NCBI GenBank assembly: GCA_009103225.1
Contig: RHPI01002503.1
Coordinates: 811,585 to 875,584, forward strand
Reading direction: 5' to 3'
Length of the DNA stretch: 64,000 nt
Source: Chlorokybus atmophyticus
Taxonomy: Eukaryota > Plantae > Mesostigma and Chlorokybus algae
The notes below the pieces were generated by a model. It worked only from the letters and a program-made list of their open reading frames with translations, did not search any database and was not told the DNA's origin. Position numbers and translations under genes: made by a program. Of this stretch, positions 13,895 to 27,300 are shown piece after piece (position 1 is the first letter of the stretch; every line of letters begins with the position of its first letter).

Positions 13895-16710
13895 CCTGCT
13901 GCGCTATGGTGCATGAGGGGGCTGGCTGAGAACCTCCTCCCAACCTTGCGCTGGTGAGATCTTTGCAAAGTACGCCAGGCTTTTGCTCAAACACAGTGCG
14001 AACAACGCAATTACACCAGTGCGTATATAGACACACTTCATATATAAAGCGGTGGTCGTCTGCTACTCAAAGCCACATTGCCATCAGGAACAACTGGCAT
14101 TCTGCCTTTGCCAGCAACACCGTCTGCACCCGAACCAAACATTTCGGCACACATTGAGCGAGGTGATGTCTATAGCGTGGGCAACCAACCATGCACACTT
14201 ACGAGTAATGACTTGTACTGCACAGGCACCTTGCAAAATTTGCCACAGGACTGCATCATGCCGCAGCATAGCGGCATGCAGCGGCTTTGGTCAGGCACAC
14301 AAGCAGCGGACAATCGTGCATCTAGTGGTCATCTTCATATGCTAAGCAACAGCGTCAGCGTGTTACCTAGACTGACTGTGTGATGCGTGCTATGCTTAGA
14401 CGTGCAGCAACACAGTAACACCAACTCCATTGGCTAGCACCAGTAGACTGAAGTACCATTACGTAGATGCTAGGTGCCAACATCGCTGGCAACTGTTGAT
14501 ATTTTGAATCAACTAGAACATTAGGACATGTCTCGCCCAGCAAGCAGCACGTAACGCGCTGTAGAGATTACCTGCTCCGTTGCCTGCCGTTATCTACAAC
14601 TGGTCTCAACATGCACCCGCCGTTCCCATGCTCCCGCCCCTGCTCTGCTTCTCCATCTCCTTGTGGCACGCACCCGCCGGACCGCACACCAAGTCCACCA
14701 CACGGAAGCACCTGTTGCCTTCACCATCAAAGAGGACAATGCGCATGGCGTGTAGATGCACCTGCTGGGGCGCTGTCGATGACATTCGCAAGCGTGCGGG
14801 CGGCAGCAAGGCGGGTGGTCTTGCACGACAACGCGTTGTCATTCTGTTCTTTGCACAAGCAACTGAAGCATGCCTCTCCGCCAGCTCCAGAAGGCATGCT
14901 TAGCAGCACTCCATCACGCGGCCAGCTGGCGCCTATGTGCTAAAACACCCTCAGCAAGGGCTCTCTCCACTTCCCCCATGTGCTCACCACAGGGAGATGA
15001 GCATGATGTTGACTTTCGATCACACGCAGCGTGTATGAGGCACGGCTCACCTCCTGCAAGCACGCGTCGGAGGCCTTGTCAAACGTTCTCAAGCGTTTGG
15101 TGCTGACAGCGGTGAGACCAGTTTCTTGCAACTCCAGAGACAGCACCCTGTTGAGCTGGGCGTACTTCTCTCACGCTGACTGCTGTCAACATACAATACA
15201 ATTGATTCCCCTTCCTGTCTTCAGAGGATGACACCGTCTGCCGAACCCAGGAAGCCCTAGGTTCCACGACAAGTCCAGATCCTGCAGGAGCACACCCGCT
15301 CACAACATTGGCACAACAGGCACTCCAATACATACTCCTGGGATAGTGTGCGTCACTGACAATGTATGCGGAACTCATTACAGCATACCCCTGAAGAGTT
15401 GGCAGCTTGTGTGTGTTTGCTGATCTGAAGTGTGTTGTTGTTGTTGTTGCCAAACCGGCCAACCCCGCAGAGGGGTTGTAATGTACACCTTCTCGTGCTT
15501 CTTCTGGTGTGGAAAACTCGCCGACTGTTCCATTGATTACCTTGCTGCTGGCGCGCGCTCTTCCTTTTGGGGACGTTGTGCGTGTACCGCGCTCCCTCCT
15601 TTCTGTACCTCCAGAGCTGCCCTAACTGGCAGAGCCTGTTTGGGTCAAAGAAAGAAATGAATGCTGTGTTTATTCACATAAAGGGGGCGGTGCACCTGAC
15701 CACAGAACGTGACTCTATCCTCAGACTTTGCTGGAGTTGTTGTTTGGTTGCCAACGACTGCTGCCGCAGCCAACGTGAATGCTCCCAGCAGTGCCACACA
15801 ACGCGTGACTGTACAAGTCTCGCTCGAGGTAGCTTCGAATGTGGGGGGAGCCTGTATGCATCTACGATGTGTATGACACACAAGAACCGCACAGGCGATC
15901 GGTGTGGGATCATGGCGACGCTGCTACTCATACGTGTGACATGTGATGACTGCCAACTCATACATTGCCCCTTTTCTCCTTAATTGTAAACCACAGATAG
16001 ACAAAAACTGCAAAGACACCACCGAGAAACTACATGAACCAAAAGCCAAGAAACACGCACAGAAATGTACTAGGCAAGTTGAACGCCTGCCATGTTATTA
16101 CCTTTTTCGACACAGGTGTCTGGGCTGCAAAGTAGTCCCTCGCCTTATGGCGACTGAGGTTGCTCGGTTGGGAGTCCACTTAGAGCCCTGGCACACAAGC
16201 TAGGCACATGCATGACAAGATGCGCAAGGTGCTGCTTCTCACCAAACGACTCACAACGCTGTGATTCGGTGCAGAAGCGTGCCACTCACCAGCAACTGGC
16301 GTGAGCTTGGTCGGTCGACGCATGTCGCCCGTGCAGTGGCAAGCAGGCAAGCATGAGACGCCATGGCTATGATCGCCACGCTAGCAGCAGACACCCCTGC
16401 GACTGACTATGCGCAAATTCAGTTAACTACAGCAGGCAGTGTTGACTACAGCGCGCAGCATGCTTGGTCAGCAACGAAGCGCAGGTGTGCTGCATCTAGC
16501 ATGCCGCCCGAAAACAACGACAACAAGACAACGACGACAGCGCAAAAGCCTGAAAATAGAAGAGAGTCTACCCCGGTAGGTTGTTAGCTGTAAGGGAGCC
16601 CCTCGCCGCCACTGCTGCCAACTGTCAATGACACCAGCAGTGCTGTTCTAGCATGCACGAGAAGCCGACTTGCGGCCGTCGCGCCTCAGTAGTGTCTCCT
16701 GCCTACCTTC
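13895..16710 (-). pseudogene. Diverged duplicated segment, copy 2
   Basis: Collinear with 8730-10740. Peptides A*EKYAQLNRVLSLEL..RLRTFDKASDACLQE, DLDLSWNL and VHLHAMRIVLFDGEGNR, with stops and frameshifts. Confidence 0.6.
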
Positions 16711-16899
16711 TGCCAACACCCCCCCGTTGTTGGAGCTTCCGGCGCGTAGCGCAGCGTAGCACTGGGCACCAACGGAACGGAAGGCAGATCCACCACCGCC
16801 ACCGCCACCGAGTACGTCACCGCTGCCTGAGTGGTGCGGGTGGGGGTGGGGGTGGGGGTGGGGGCGTGTGGGGGGTTGTGTGCACGCGCGCAGCAAGTG

Positions 16900-19520
16900 C
16901 CGTAGTGTGCCTGAGTCAGGTTGCAACTTAGCCGCAGGGCCTGCTTGACACGTGCGTTTGCTTTGGGCGCTGCCTCCGCCGGCAAGGCGCTGCCTGCCTA
17001 CATGTGCGTCAAGCTTGATTTCGCGCTGCTCCGCAAGGTAAACTCCGTCGCTAACTGTCTGTGCTTCAGTGCATGGGTGCTGGTGAATCGGCAACACGTG
17101 GTCTATTGCGTGCGTTCAGCTGGGTAGGATGTTGACAGTGACAACCTGCGAAGGCCAAGGCTTTGCCTTCAGCTTGCTTGGGAGGGTGCGCTTTGTGTGT
17201 GCAGCAGGCGCCTTGCAGGATTCCACGTTGGTCAGAGGCGCTGTCGCTGACAGCGAAGAACACTCCTTTACCTTATGGCAAGTGCCATAGTTTGTAGGTC
17301 CTTGTGGCGAGCTTGCGCTTTACAGCTGACTGCATGCATGCTAGTGACTAGTATTAGCTGCTTGTAAGGGCGCCTGCGTTTGTCGTGCCATCAGTGACTG
17401 CGTTTAGGCACGCTCTGGAGTCCTGGAGTAGATGCAGAGTGAATGCAGGCAGTCATGCAATGCAAGCCAAACATAGTGATGTGAACGCCTCACTAGGGTT
17501 TGCCTGGCCAAGCCAAGCAAACCCTACTGAGGAGGCCAACGAGCCTGTCTGGTTGTGTGTTGTAGGATTAACGGCACAGGTCACTGCTTGGGCCCAAGCA
17601 AATGGCGCTTTGCCTGCTGTTAAAAGCAGCAACGGTGCGTCAGCCACGCGCTTGCTGTATTAAGCATTCCGGCAAGCCTCCAGGGCGCGGCGTGCTGCGT
17701 CAACTGCTGGAAGCAACTGACAAATTCATGCTCTTGGGTGTGGGTGAAGACTGCGCATAGCTCTATTGCAACCTGCAGTGTGTTGAGCCCAGCGCTTCAT
17801 GTAAGGCAAGCTGCCTGGCAGTCAGTGTATGTCTCGCTGACTGTTTCATTTTGCCGGCGCATTGTCTGCATCAATTAGGGCAGCTGCCTGTTGGAGTGTG
17901 CTACGTTTGTGAATGCCCGCCTTGAAAGCAGCAGTTCTGCCGGCGATGCTGTGGGCGCCATTGATGACATGCTCACGACATGTGTGCAATTGATCTGCTC
18001 ACCACCTGTGCTACCCGCAGTTTCAGTCCTATGGGCCTTGAGGTTGAAGAGCCATTCATGATTCTGATGATGACCTCCATAGCGACGCTAGTGAAGATAG
18101 CGAAGGTGACCGTCTCGTCTTTTGAATGGTTGACAGCGTTGTGTTGGATGTGTCCGACAACGCCATCTGGCAAAAGGCGTGCCATAGTGCATGTTGCTGA
18201 GTTGTTAACTGTAGCGTAAAGCATGCACGCAGCGTAGACGCTCAACAGTGTGTTTTGCATTGCACTGCTTGTCAGGTTACAGAAGCAGCTTCAGCAGCCT
18301 CGTGTGCTGCTTCAGCTGCAGCGCGGCATCGGCGATGCCGCGCTGCAGCTGAAGCAGCACACGAGGGCGATGTTGCACGCTGTGCATGGTGGCATCTGGA
18401 GCTTAACATCCCAGCCCGCGAGGTGTATCACAGCATAGGCATTACCTTGCGTATACTGATCAGCAAACGCTCTACATCCCAAGTTCAACATTGCAAAGTT
18501 GCTCTGTCGACAGGTTGTTTGTCGCATCAGCGCAGCTGCAGACTGTCGCTGAGGCTTTGGAAGTGAATGGAGAACAGCCATTGCGCCTGCATGACTGGCA
18601 GCTGAGGTCAAAGCACGCGGAGTGAGTTTCAGTAGCCGTTAAAACGTGCGATGTCATGTAGTGCTGCTTGACTGATGTCAAGGTGCTGGATCCCATAAGG
18701 GGCATACTGAGACCTCACACAGTAAAAGCATTCCAGACTGCTACCAGGGAGGAGTCGGAGCAAGTAGCTTATGCTTGTCGGTTGTGGCTGCGGTGAGGCG
18801 CATGGCACTTCTAAGTACATACCACAGCTTGTTCGCACCTTTTGCAAAGACTAAAGACTCGAATAAGTCATGAGCGAAACATGGATGACAACTTGGCGAG
18901 GTATGTGCTCACTGGCACAGTTACTTCAGACGGCATTGCATGCAACTCGACTCTGTTCTATGCATGTTGCTCGACTGCGTCTCCAACTCTGGGGTTGCCT
19001 ACCTCCTGCAACTGTTGTGCTTTCGTCCGGTACTCAGGAACATATTTCCCCATCTCTGCATGTTTGTACCAATGAGCATGGCGGCGGCATTTCAACCGTG
19101 TGCCATCTGCCTTCAACTGCATGCTATTGCGTCAAGCCGGTTGTATGCATGTGCTGACTCAGTATGCTTGCATGCATCTGAAGAGCTGAGACCCTGCCAA
19201 CTAATGACACTGGACTCATTGTGTTTTGCTAGTGACGTCTTGCTTGCCAGATGGGTATCAGCTGCCATCAGCAGCTTATTGTAATCTGATCGGGCAGAGA
19301 TAGACCTGAGCTGTGTCAGAGCTGCAGCAAACGCAATCGACGCTCATGATGTAAGCATCAGTTTGTGAAACCCAAGGCATGACTGTCACACATCGCTGAC
19401 TACTTACACACGGGCGTGCTTACCTCCAGGGTGGTGCTGTTCGGGCGTTCAACAACGGACAGTCAGCTGCTGCTGCCAGGCATGTTGACACGGATGATTG
19501 ACAACAAGCAAATCGCCTTA
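16900..19520 (+). pseudogene. Degenerate coding-like region of unknown product
   Basis: Scattered protein-like fragments broken by stops (e.g. HDSDDDLHSDASEDSEGDRLVF*MVDSVVLDVSDNAIWQK) and splice-like signals. Not identifiable. Confidence 0.2.
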
Positions 19521-20089
19521 TTTGAGGAGATCATGGGCGCTTTGCCTCAGCTTGCGTGCATTTGAGCTTGTGCGAACGACGGCGAGTTGAAGGCTCTTAT
19601 TGGCTGTGAAATGCCATGCCCAGTGGGTTGTCACAGTCTGCTTGCCGAGGTAGAAAGATGGATACTGATCCATCACGTTCCAGGCATGATCACTTGGCAT
19701 GGTTGCCAGCATAGTAGCACCACGCGCCTAAAACCATAACTGCATGCGCATATACCCGTATGACATGTTACATAATGCATTCTTGTGAAAAGCGCGCATT
19801 TTTTGGGCCCCACCGCCAGGAAAATGCCCTTGTCCCGAGTTTGGTGCTATATCGCACTGCGCGTCATTAAGTTGTGAATTGCTGGTTGCGCGCGGTGCGA
19901 AATGACCCTACCTTCGGGGGAGGGGCCTGGCGGTTGGCCTTGCTAAAGGGTAGATTACCAATGGTGTAACAATATTCTGAGCACGCATTACTGTCGCATG
20001 CAAAACCTGCTAGTAAGTCATGCCCGCATATACGCGTATGCAGTGTCTTGTAATGCATGTTCACATGCCGCATGGTGTTACTATGGTTG

Positions 20090-21975
20090 TCAGTGGGAGT
20101 TGGTGTTGTGCAGGGTAAGGCTGATGGTGTCACTCAGCGGATGCTCCAACTGGCTGACGAACAGAACAGCAGCAGCTTCGTCGCTGATGATACTCCGTGT
20201 CTCTCAACAGTTGGGCCAGGCGTGTGCACATGTGAAAAGGGTCCTCACAAGTCTTGCATCGGAAGCGACGCAACTCTTCAACCTTGTGGCTGGTGTCAGT
20301 CGGGAGGCTCAGACAGGTTGTCTTGAGTTAAGGCGGTAGCTGTTAGTAACGCGAATTGCAACGTAACCGACGTCGATCGAGCGAGATTGTTGGGATGAGT
20401 GAAGCCGCGCGTCGATGTTGACAGTGCTGGAAGTGTTGATGTTGTATGTTTGTCGTCCGTGTGTGAATGACCGGCAGTTTCAAATTGTCAGTAGCGGTCT
20501 TTGTGTCGACGGCGTTAATTGCATGCTGTGCGACGTTTGCCGTTGTGACTGTGTGTAGTTTAATTACTTTTAAAGTTTGGGCGGGCGCTGGTGTGTGGAA
20601 GGTACGCTGTCGGGCAGCGTACAGGTCTTGAAGTGGTGACCCAGATGCATCCACCCTGACAGTGAAGGCTGGATGCCAAATGATGGATGATCCCACCGAG
20701 ATGCTGCTGGCCGCAGGCTCGTGGAACAGCATGTGGTTGGTTGCGCGTGTCGGCTCAGGTGATGCAGCGGTGCTCAGCGGCGTTGTTGACGACAGGTGCG
20801 GGAGGCGCAGGCGGAGCAGCAGCTTGGCCGTAGCTGTCATAACCATCTCGATCATCGTAGCAAAGCGCTACGATGAGGGGAGGCGTCAAGGGTTTATAAT
20901 GTCATTTATTTTTCTTTGGTATCGTGTGACATTCCTCTCGGCGTTAACCCGCGCTCACTCCCGTGTCCCGTGTACGGGAGAGCAAGCCATAGGACTCCGT
21001 ACCGATTAGATACCTGGCCGCGCAACTCTGCGCGCAGACGACGCGCAGAGCGACCCGCGCGCTCGACCTAATGGACGATAACATCAAGTATGGTCGCCCT
21101 TCTCACCCATCCGCATGCAGTGAGATTCGAACCCATATTCCAAGCTCCAATACCAACGTCAAAACCATCGAGGTCATCGCAGCAAAAGCGCTATGATGAG
21201 GGGAGGCGTCAAAGGTTTGTGATTTTATTTATTTGTCTTTAATACCGCGTGACAGTAGCGGTGCGGTCACACAACGGTTGCGCTCTCGTAGGATCCTCGT
21301 TGCGCGCAACTCCACCTCATCTGCTCGTAAGTATTGAGCTTTTGCGAACTCTGCATTGGTTATGTCCCCTCGGACTTCAGGTGGGTTGGCTGCTTCTGTT
21401 TTAGCCGCAGCGGTTGCCAGCGCATCATCTTGCAAGGGTCCAGGCAGGGTTCAACTTGAAATACGGGCGTGCGGGCAGCAGCGAGTGGCAAGGGGACAGT
21501 GACAGTGTCTCCCAAGCCAGCAATGCGATGCTGAATAGCTACAGACCTCCATACCTGTTAGGCTTCATGCTCGAGGTATTGGGCGGCGACGCGAAAGGAC
21601 ATTTCATCAGATCAGTAACCTTTTTAATTTCAATGCCTGATAGCACATCTTGGAGTTGAACTTGTTAATAAAGTCATCCAGAGAGGTGGTTCTGGGACGG
21701 CCAGAGAAGTATAGCGCGTACGTGTTGCGAAGGGACTGCATGTCGTCAATGTCGTTAACAGCGTCGTGGGCGTGAGGACAATGACGTGGAGTGGACTGAC
21801 GAGAACTGTGAGCTGATGATGGACAGGGTCCGCTGCTCGAATGCCTCTGATATGATGAGGCTGAGGTTGGTGTCCAGCCGACGAGGTTGTTGGAGCTTTC
21901 CTTGGATAGTTCCCTCATGATAGGGCCACCGTAGTTGCGAGCAGGTGGCCTCCTGAAGACTATGTCCTCACTCAT
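20090..21975 (-). mobile_element. Decayed LTR-retrotransposon gag-like remnant, interrupted by the TRIM
   Basis: Fragments YALYFSGRPRTTSLDDFINKFNSK and KVEELRRFRCK..RLAQLLRDTEY/(frameshift)ISDEAAAVLFVSQL resemble retrotransposon capsid motifs; many stops. Confidence 0.4.
20835..21254 (-). mobile_element. TRIM (terminal-repeat retrotransposon in miniature), 420 bp, structurally complete
   Basis: Direct repeats 20835-20931 (TGTCATAACC..GTGTGACA) and 21157-21254 (cGTCAAAACC..GCGTGACA), about 80% identical by manual alignment. TSD GTAGC at 20830-20834 and 21255-21259. Minus-strand PBS TGGTATTGGAGC (21155-21144) and PPT GAGAGGAA (20939-20932). Internal region 225 bp, non-coding. Confidence 0.9.
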
Positions 21976-22093
21976 GCAGATGCACGATGAGAGAGTGTAT
22001 GCAGCCTAGAGTGTGTATGCTTTACTAGTAAACCACTCGAACAGCACCTCACACACAGCAATTGATGGTGCGCTATGTGCAAGCAAACAATGC

Positions 22094-23061
22094 TGTCACC
22101 CAGTGCAAACACTCAACACTACTGCAATGGTGCATGCAGCATTGGTGTGCAAGCACTCACTGAAGCAAAGGTGGGTGAAACTGTGAGTCAACAAGCTACT
22201 ACTAGAGGTAGTGCAGTAACTACAGAAGCTTACTTGAGTAAAAAAAGGTCTATCAACTGTTAAGTGAGGTGAATGAATGCAGCAACAAAGTGATGCCACA
22301 CTCGGATGGTAACGTTTCACACCGTGCCCGCAATGCAACCAAGACCACACACAATGAGAAGCTATACACACGCTGCAAACGCTGCACTCTCTCGCATGTA
22401 TGAAGGCTTCTAAGTAACCCGAACGGCTTGCTGTGCCCAGTCGCACCCCTTCACAACTTGTCGTCTCCGAGTCTCGTTCAACACAACACTCGAGCATGCA
22501 ATAGCAGGCTTCACGCTTCACAACTCAAAGCTCTATTACACTTTCTCAAGTCTACTCTTACGTACTCACTCACGGTTTCATCAAGTATATAAGCAAGCGG
22601 TTTGCCTACTCATACTACCGTATGAACACATGTGAGCCATCAGTTCAGCAAGCTTAACCGGTTTAATCACGGCTATTCCTTAGCTGTTCACTATTGAACT
22701 GTTTAGTCTAAAGCGAGTCTGTTCACGGGCAGCGTGGTAGACTCGCAACGGATCAGCTATAATCGAGGGACCTTCTGGTCGGAAGTTCCAAGGCTTAAGC
22801 TGGATCGCGGGGTCGTAAGGTCGTGACTTCTAATGGATTGCTAGGAAGACAGATGATAGGGTCGGCACCCCAACGTATCAGCTACGCGAGGCACCTATGA
22901 GGCCTGTCTCGAGACTGAGCAGTGGTCATTAAGGACGGATGCCAGTAGCACGGGAGATCAGGACAGGGGTTGAAGGGAACTGTGATGCCGGTAGCTAGGG
23001 ACGCGGGCTGGATGTAGGCATCCTCGAGGAGAATGAGCCCTTCTGGATGGTAATCATGACA
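22094..23061. repeat. Possible LTR (TGTCA..TCATGACA)
   Basis: Non-coding with LTR-like inverted termini, lying upstream of the minus-strand gag remnant. No clean TSD or PBS; left boundary uncertain. Confidence 0.3.
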
Positions 23062-23780
23062 ATGTCATCTCGTGCGGCACAAGCCATGTCCACATGTGTT
23101 TACTACTTAAGGTTATAAAAATAATCTGTATACAATGATAACGGTTGTGCTCGCATAAGGGCGCACACCCCCACACCCACGCATCCCAACCCACCACCAC
23201 CCATTGGGTATATGAAGGTACTAATAATTTTTACCTTCATCCTGTTGTTGACTTAATGCCGCATATGCATTATGTCGTGTTGCCAAACAATTAAATGGCG
23301 GCGGCGTGAGGGTGTAGCACAGTACTACACGCCACACATTGCCCAGCACAATGCTGCCGTCACCGCCCTATATTGTTAAACGCACTCACCCCTCCACGTC
23401 ACAGATCAAGCCCACGTGAAGGTGCACGCATTCGGCTACATGACGACATCGGGCTATTACGGGCGTGCGGATTCAGATACTGATGCAGGACACGTCGTCC
23501 CTTTTAAAGCTGAGCAACGACAACGAGTTAACCAAAGCTAGCATACTTGACTTCAAAGCGCTGAAAACATGGCTGAGACGAACACTCGGGACGCTCCGTG
23601 GGATGTCATTTACAAGTTGATCGCGCCGATCGACGCGACCCGCACACCAAAGGCATAGGGTCTTCGCACGATTTGGAAGAACAAGGCACTTGGCTGCATG
23701 ATTTGTTGTCTATATGCAGGAAGCAATGGTGCCGATTGCCACCACTGTACAACACTTGGTTGCTGTCATCACCCGAGGCG

Positions 23781-23839
23781 AATATATATATATATATCTA
23801 TATATCCATATATATATATAGACTACGATATGTATATAT

Positions 23840-23873
<34 letters not shown>

Positions 23874-23882
23874 CGTAGTCTA
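23781..23882. repeat. (TA)n tract containing a palindrome
   Basis: TAGACTACGATAT (23819-23831) and ATATCGTAGTCTA (23870-23882) flank an (AT)n core. Confidence 0.85.
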
Positions 23883-24308
23883 GATTCGTTGATGTGGATG
23901 CCATATGTACTGATGACCTCCTCCACACGGGTGACATCTGGGAAGAGTCAAGCGTATATGCTGTTGCTGCACAGTTTGAAGTGCATATTGATGACCATAC
24001 AGAGGTTGCGGCATTCTTTAAGGAACAAAAGCCGATAACACCCGCCGCCAACACCAACACAACGAACGGCTGCTCGCTGTCGGTGCACTGGGTTCTCAAC
24101 AACAGCACTCAGCAGTCATGCTCATGATTACTGGCACCACCACAGCTAATCACCGCCCGCATGCTGTACACAATGCAGATCACAATGTCCATACAATGCC
24201 GCCGTCTATCATACGTGCTGAAGCAGCACGTATGATAGACGACACGCTGTATGTGGTTGCTGCGCCTGCAAGTCTGGTGATCAGCTAATTCAGTTTAGAT
24301 ACGGAATT

Positions 24309-27300
24309 CACAGCGGCAGCACAGACGAAGTCCCGCTCATCGCGTTAAGAACCAGCGTGTCTCCTAAGGGCACAAACTGGCCGGTGATGACCTGCAGGTA
24401 TTGACCAGTTTCAACATCAATACACTACATATCGTAACGTGCCAGCGTGCGACAACGGAACAGAGGAAAGCAACTAGACAGGTGGCCACCTTGATGGCTT
24501 CTTGTGCAGCAATGCCCCCGATGATGGCCGCAACAGGATGCAACTCCGATGCGCCGAAACGGCATATCTCCGCCGTCACATCCTCAGACACAGCTGCAGG
24601 TCCGGACACTCCGCACTCAGAGAGCAGTGTGTTTGCGACGGCTTTGAGCTTCCTCACGTCATCCTCGACCTCCCTAACAGTGCTGAAATCAGTGATACAT
24701 TCTGCAATGTGTGAGCTTGCATAATGCTTATTGACGTACGCATCAAAGATGCCAGGGAAGCGGTTGTTCTGTTCTTGAAACCGATCGACGGCCCGCAGTA
24801 GTACGTAGATGGAGGCATTACTGCAAACAAGTACGTCAGCAGAGACAAAGAAACTGCAACAGAGAAATACGTTTAGTGCAATTAACCTTGCGTGCAGGCA
24901 CGCAATGGAAAGCAAGAGCCCATGTGATAGCCGGATACACGTTATGCTTGCCAGACAACACGCTCACACTGTTATGAGTCGCGATTGTAGGCGAGAAACA
25001 AAACAATGATTACAACGACGACACTGATGCAACACAGCATGCAGGGAGTTCTATATTGCCACCCACCTTGCAGTGTTCTCAGCCTGCAACATGTTCTGTA
25101 GCTCAGCACTGCGGCAGGTGTTGGAATGGTACTCCTCTTCTAGGGTACGATACCGCAGCACCTGCCAAAAGCAGTCCGTAGATTACCCACAGCATGCACT
25201 TTGCCACAAGTTCAAGGCTATGCGAGTACTGGGAAGCATACGCTCAGGTAGCGAGCATTTTTGCAGAAGAGCTTGATCTGCGATTGCGTGATGGAGGATG
25301 GGGCCCTTCCTGCTCGACTAAGCAGTGCCTTCACGCGCTGTGCAATGGCTGCCATATCAGATGCGGCCTTTGCCTGATAAATCTTTTGCAGCGCGAGGTA
25401 ATAACTGGAGGAAAACGCTGTGTCAACAGCCACAACATATGAGTAAACGCGCACATGTTGGGGGTGACACCTCCATAACGCTTACTCTGTCATAGAATGC
25501 ATGTCAGGTATTGAACCGTCAAGAGGCATCTCTCCCTGGCCTTCTTCCTGCACAAAGGCCTGAACGCATTGCAGCAACAAGTGTTGGTATCAACATGACA
25601 GTCAGTTAACAAAAATGGACTCAGATGCAGCCAACCTTCAGTGCCGCCATCATGATCCAGAAGTCACTGGTGTCGGGACCAGAGTCCGGGCACAAGTCAA
25701 ACACCTTCTTCAAGTCGCTTCCTAGGGCAGGCAAGTGTTATTGATGGCAACTGATGACGGTGGTACTCTCTTACAGACATGTGGTACATGTTTGGCGACA
25801 GCCGTTACTATTAATATCATGACAGTGCACGCATGCGACCATGTCATGCACTTGAGTGACAGACATGGAGGTGCAGCTGACCTATTCTTGGAGGCGCCCA
25901 AGCCTTGAATGCGTTGGTCAATGCTTCCTTGAGGTTTTCTTGGTCGGGAGTTCGTTCCATGGCTTTGATGGACTCCTAAATTCGTGTAGTGGCTTGTTTC
26001 ACATCAACCTCTTCNNNNNNNNNNNNNNNNNNNNNNNNNNNNNNNNNNNNNNNNNNNNNNNNNNNNNNNNNNNNNNNNNNNNNNNNNNNNNNNNNNNNNN
26101 NNNNNNNNNNNNNNNNNNNNNNNNNNNNNNNNNNNNNNNNNNNNNNNNNNNNNNNNNNNNNNNNNNNNNNNNNNNNNNNNNNNNNNNNNNNNNNNNNNNN
26201 NNNNNNNNNNNNNNNNNNNNNNNNNNNNNNNNNNNNNNNNNNNNNNNNNNNNNNNNNNNNNNNNNNNNNNNNNNNNNNNNNNNNNNNNNNNNNNNNNNNN
26301 NNNNNNNNNNNNNNNNNNNNNNNNNNNNNNNNNNNNNNNNNNNNNNNNNNNNNNNNNNNNNNNNNNNNNNNNNNNNNNNNNNCACACACCCCACCACACA
26401 CACACAACAGCAGCCAACATAACACAAACCACTATCACTGACCTTGAATGCGTTGCGCTGCTTTGATGTTGCCGGCAAGTCGCCATCGTGTTCCGCTTTC
26501 CACTGCTGCACGGCCTTCAATAACAGCACCGCATACGGCACATGATAGTAGTGGTGGGTGTCTAGAACGTTCAGGTCAATGCTGTTCACATGCCTGTAAA
26601 CAGCCGAAACTAAGGGTGAGAGACTACACAAGTGCTGCACACGGTTGTAAGCACCCGCTTCACGTACTTACTGTAGCAACTCCGGCCACGGCGCGTGCAA
26701 GCGCAAATCGTCAACCGCATTGTCAGGCTTGGCTTCAATGACGCAATGCTCCTGTGCTCAATGTATGCATCAGAACGCAGAAATAACAACATGACACAAA
26801 CACCAATGTGGTGAGATTGCACACCTTACCTTGGTGCTGATCCGCACGAGACCAGTGAGGCCATAGGAACGCGCGATCAACAATGGTATGCCCACAGTTC
26901 TGCAGAGCCTATCCAACTTGAGCAGGACCTTCTCACACAGCTGCAAGGCACACAGTAACAGTGTGAGTGCTTGGTTGCTTTACAGCCAGTCTACAATCAA
27001 GCAATCTACGTCAAGCTATGGTATCACCTGTGTGGCGATGACAAGGGTGAATTCCTCGAAGAAGGCAGGATTGGAGTCTATGAGGCTTTCGGGTGATGCC
27101 TCAACAAAGCGTCCCGCCACAGACTCGTTCAGCTCTTGCAAAAGCGATGAGACGCACTTCGCTCTGAAATCACCGAGATTGTCCAAGCTGACTGCAACAC
27201 GTGATGTTGGTATCATGCGCATGATCGTTGCATGTGCCAAGCATGGTGGTCCTCACGCACCAAAGAAATTGTTGCCAAAGTCTGCAGCCTCCACCTTGGC

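Noticed and set aside
21118-21135. tRNA gene (GGTTCGAATC)
   Set aside because: There is no cloverleaf or A-box, and the motif lies inside the TRIM.
25856-26640. Long ORFs across the N gap
   Set aside because: They are artefacts of X translation; the region belongs to NAE1.
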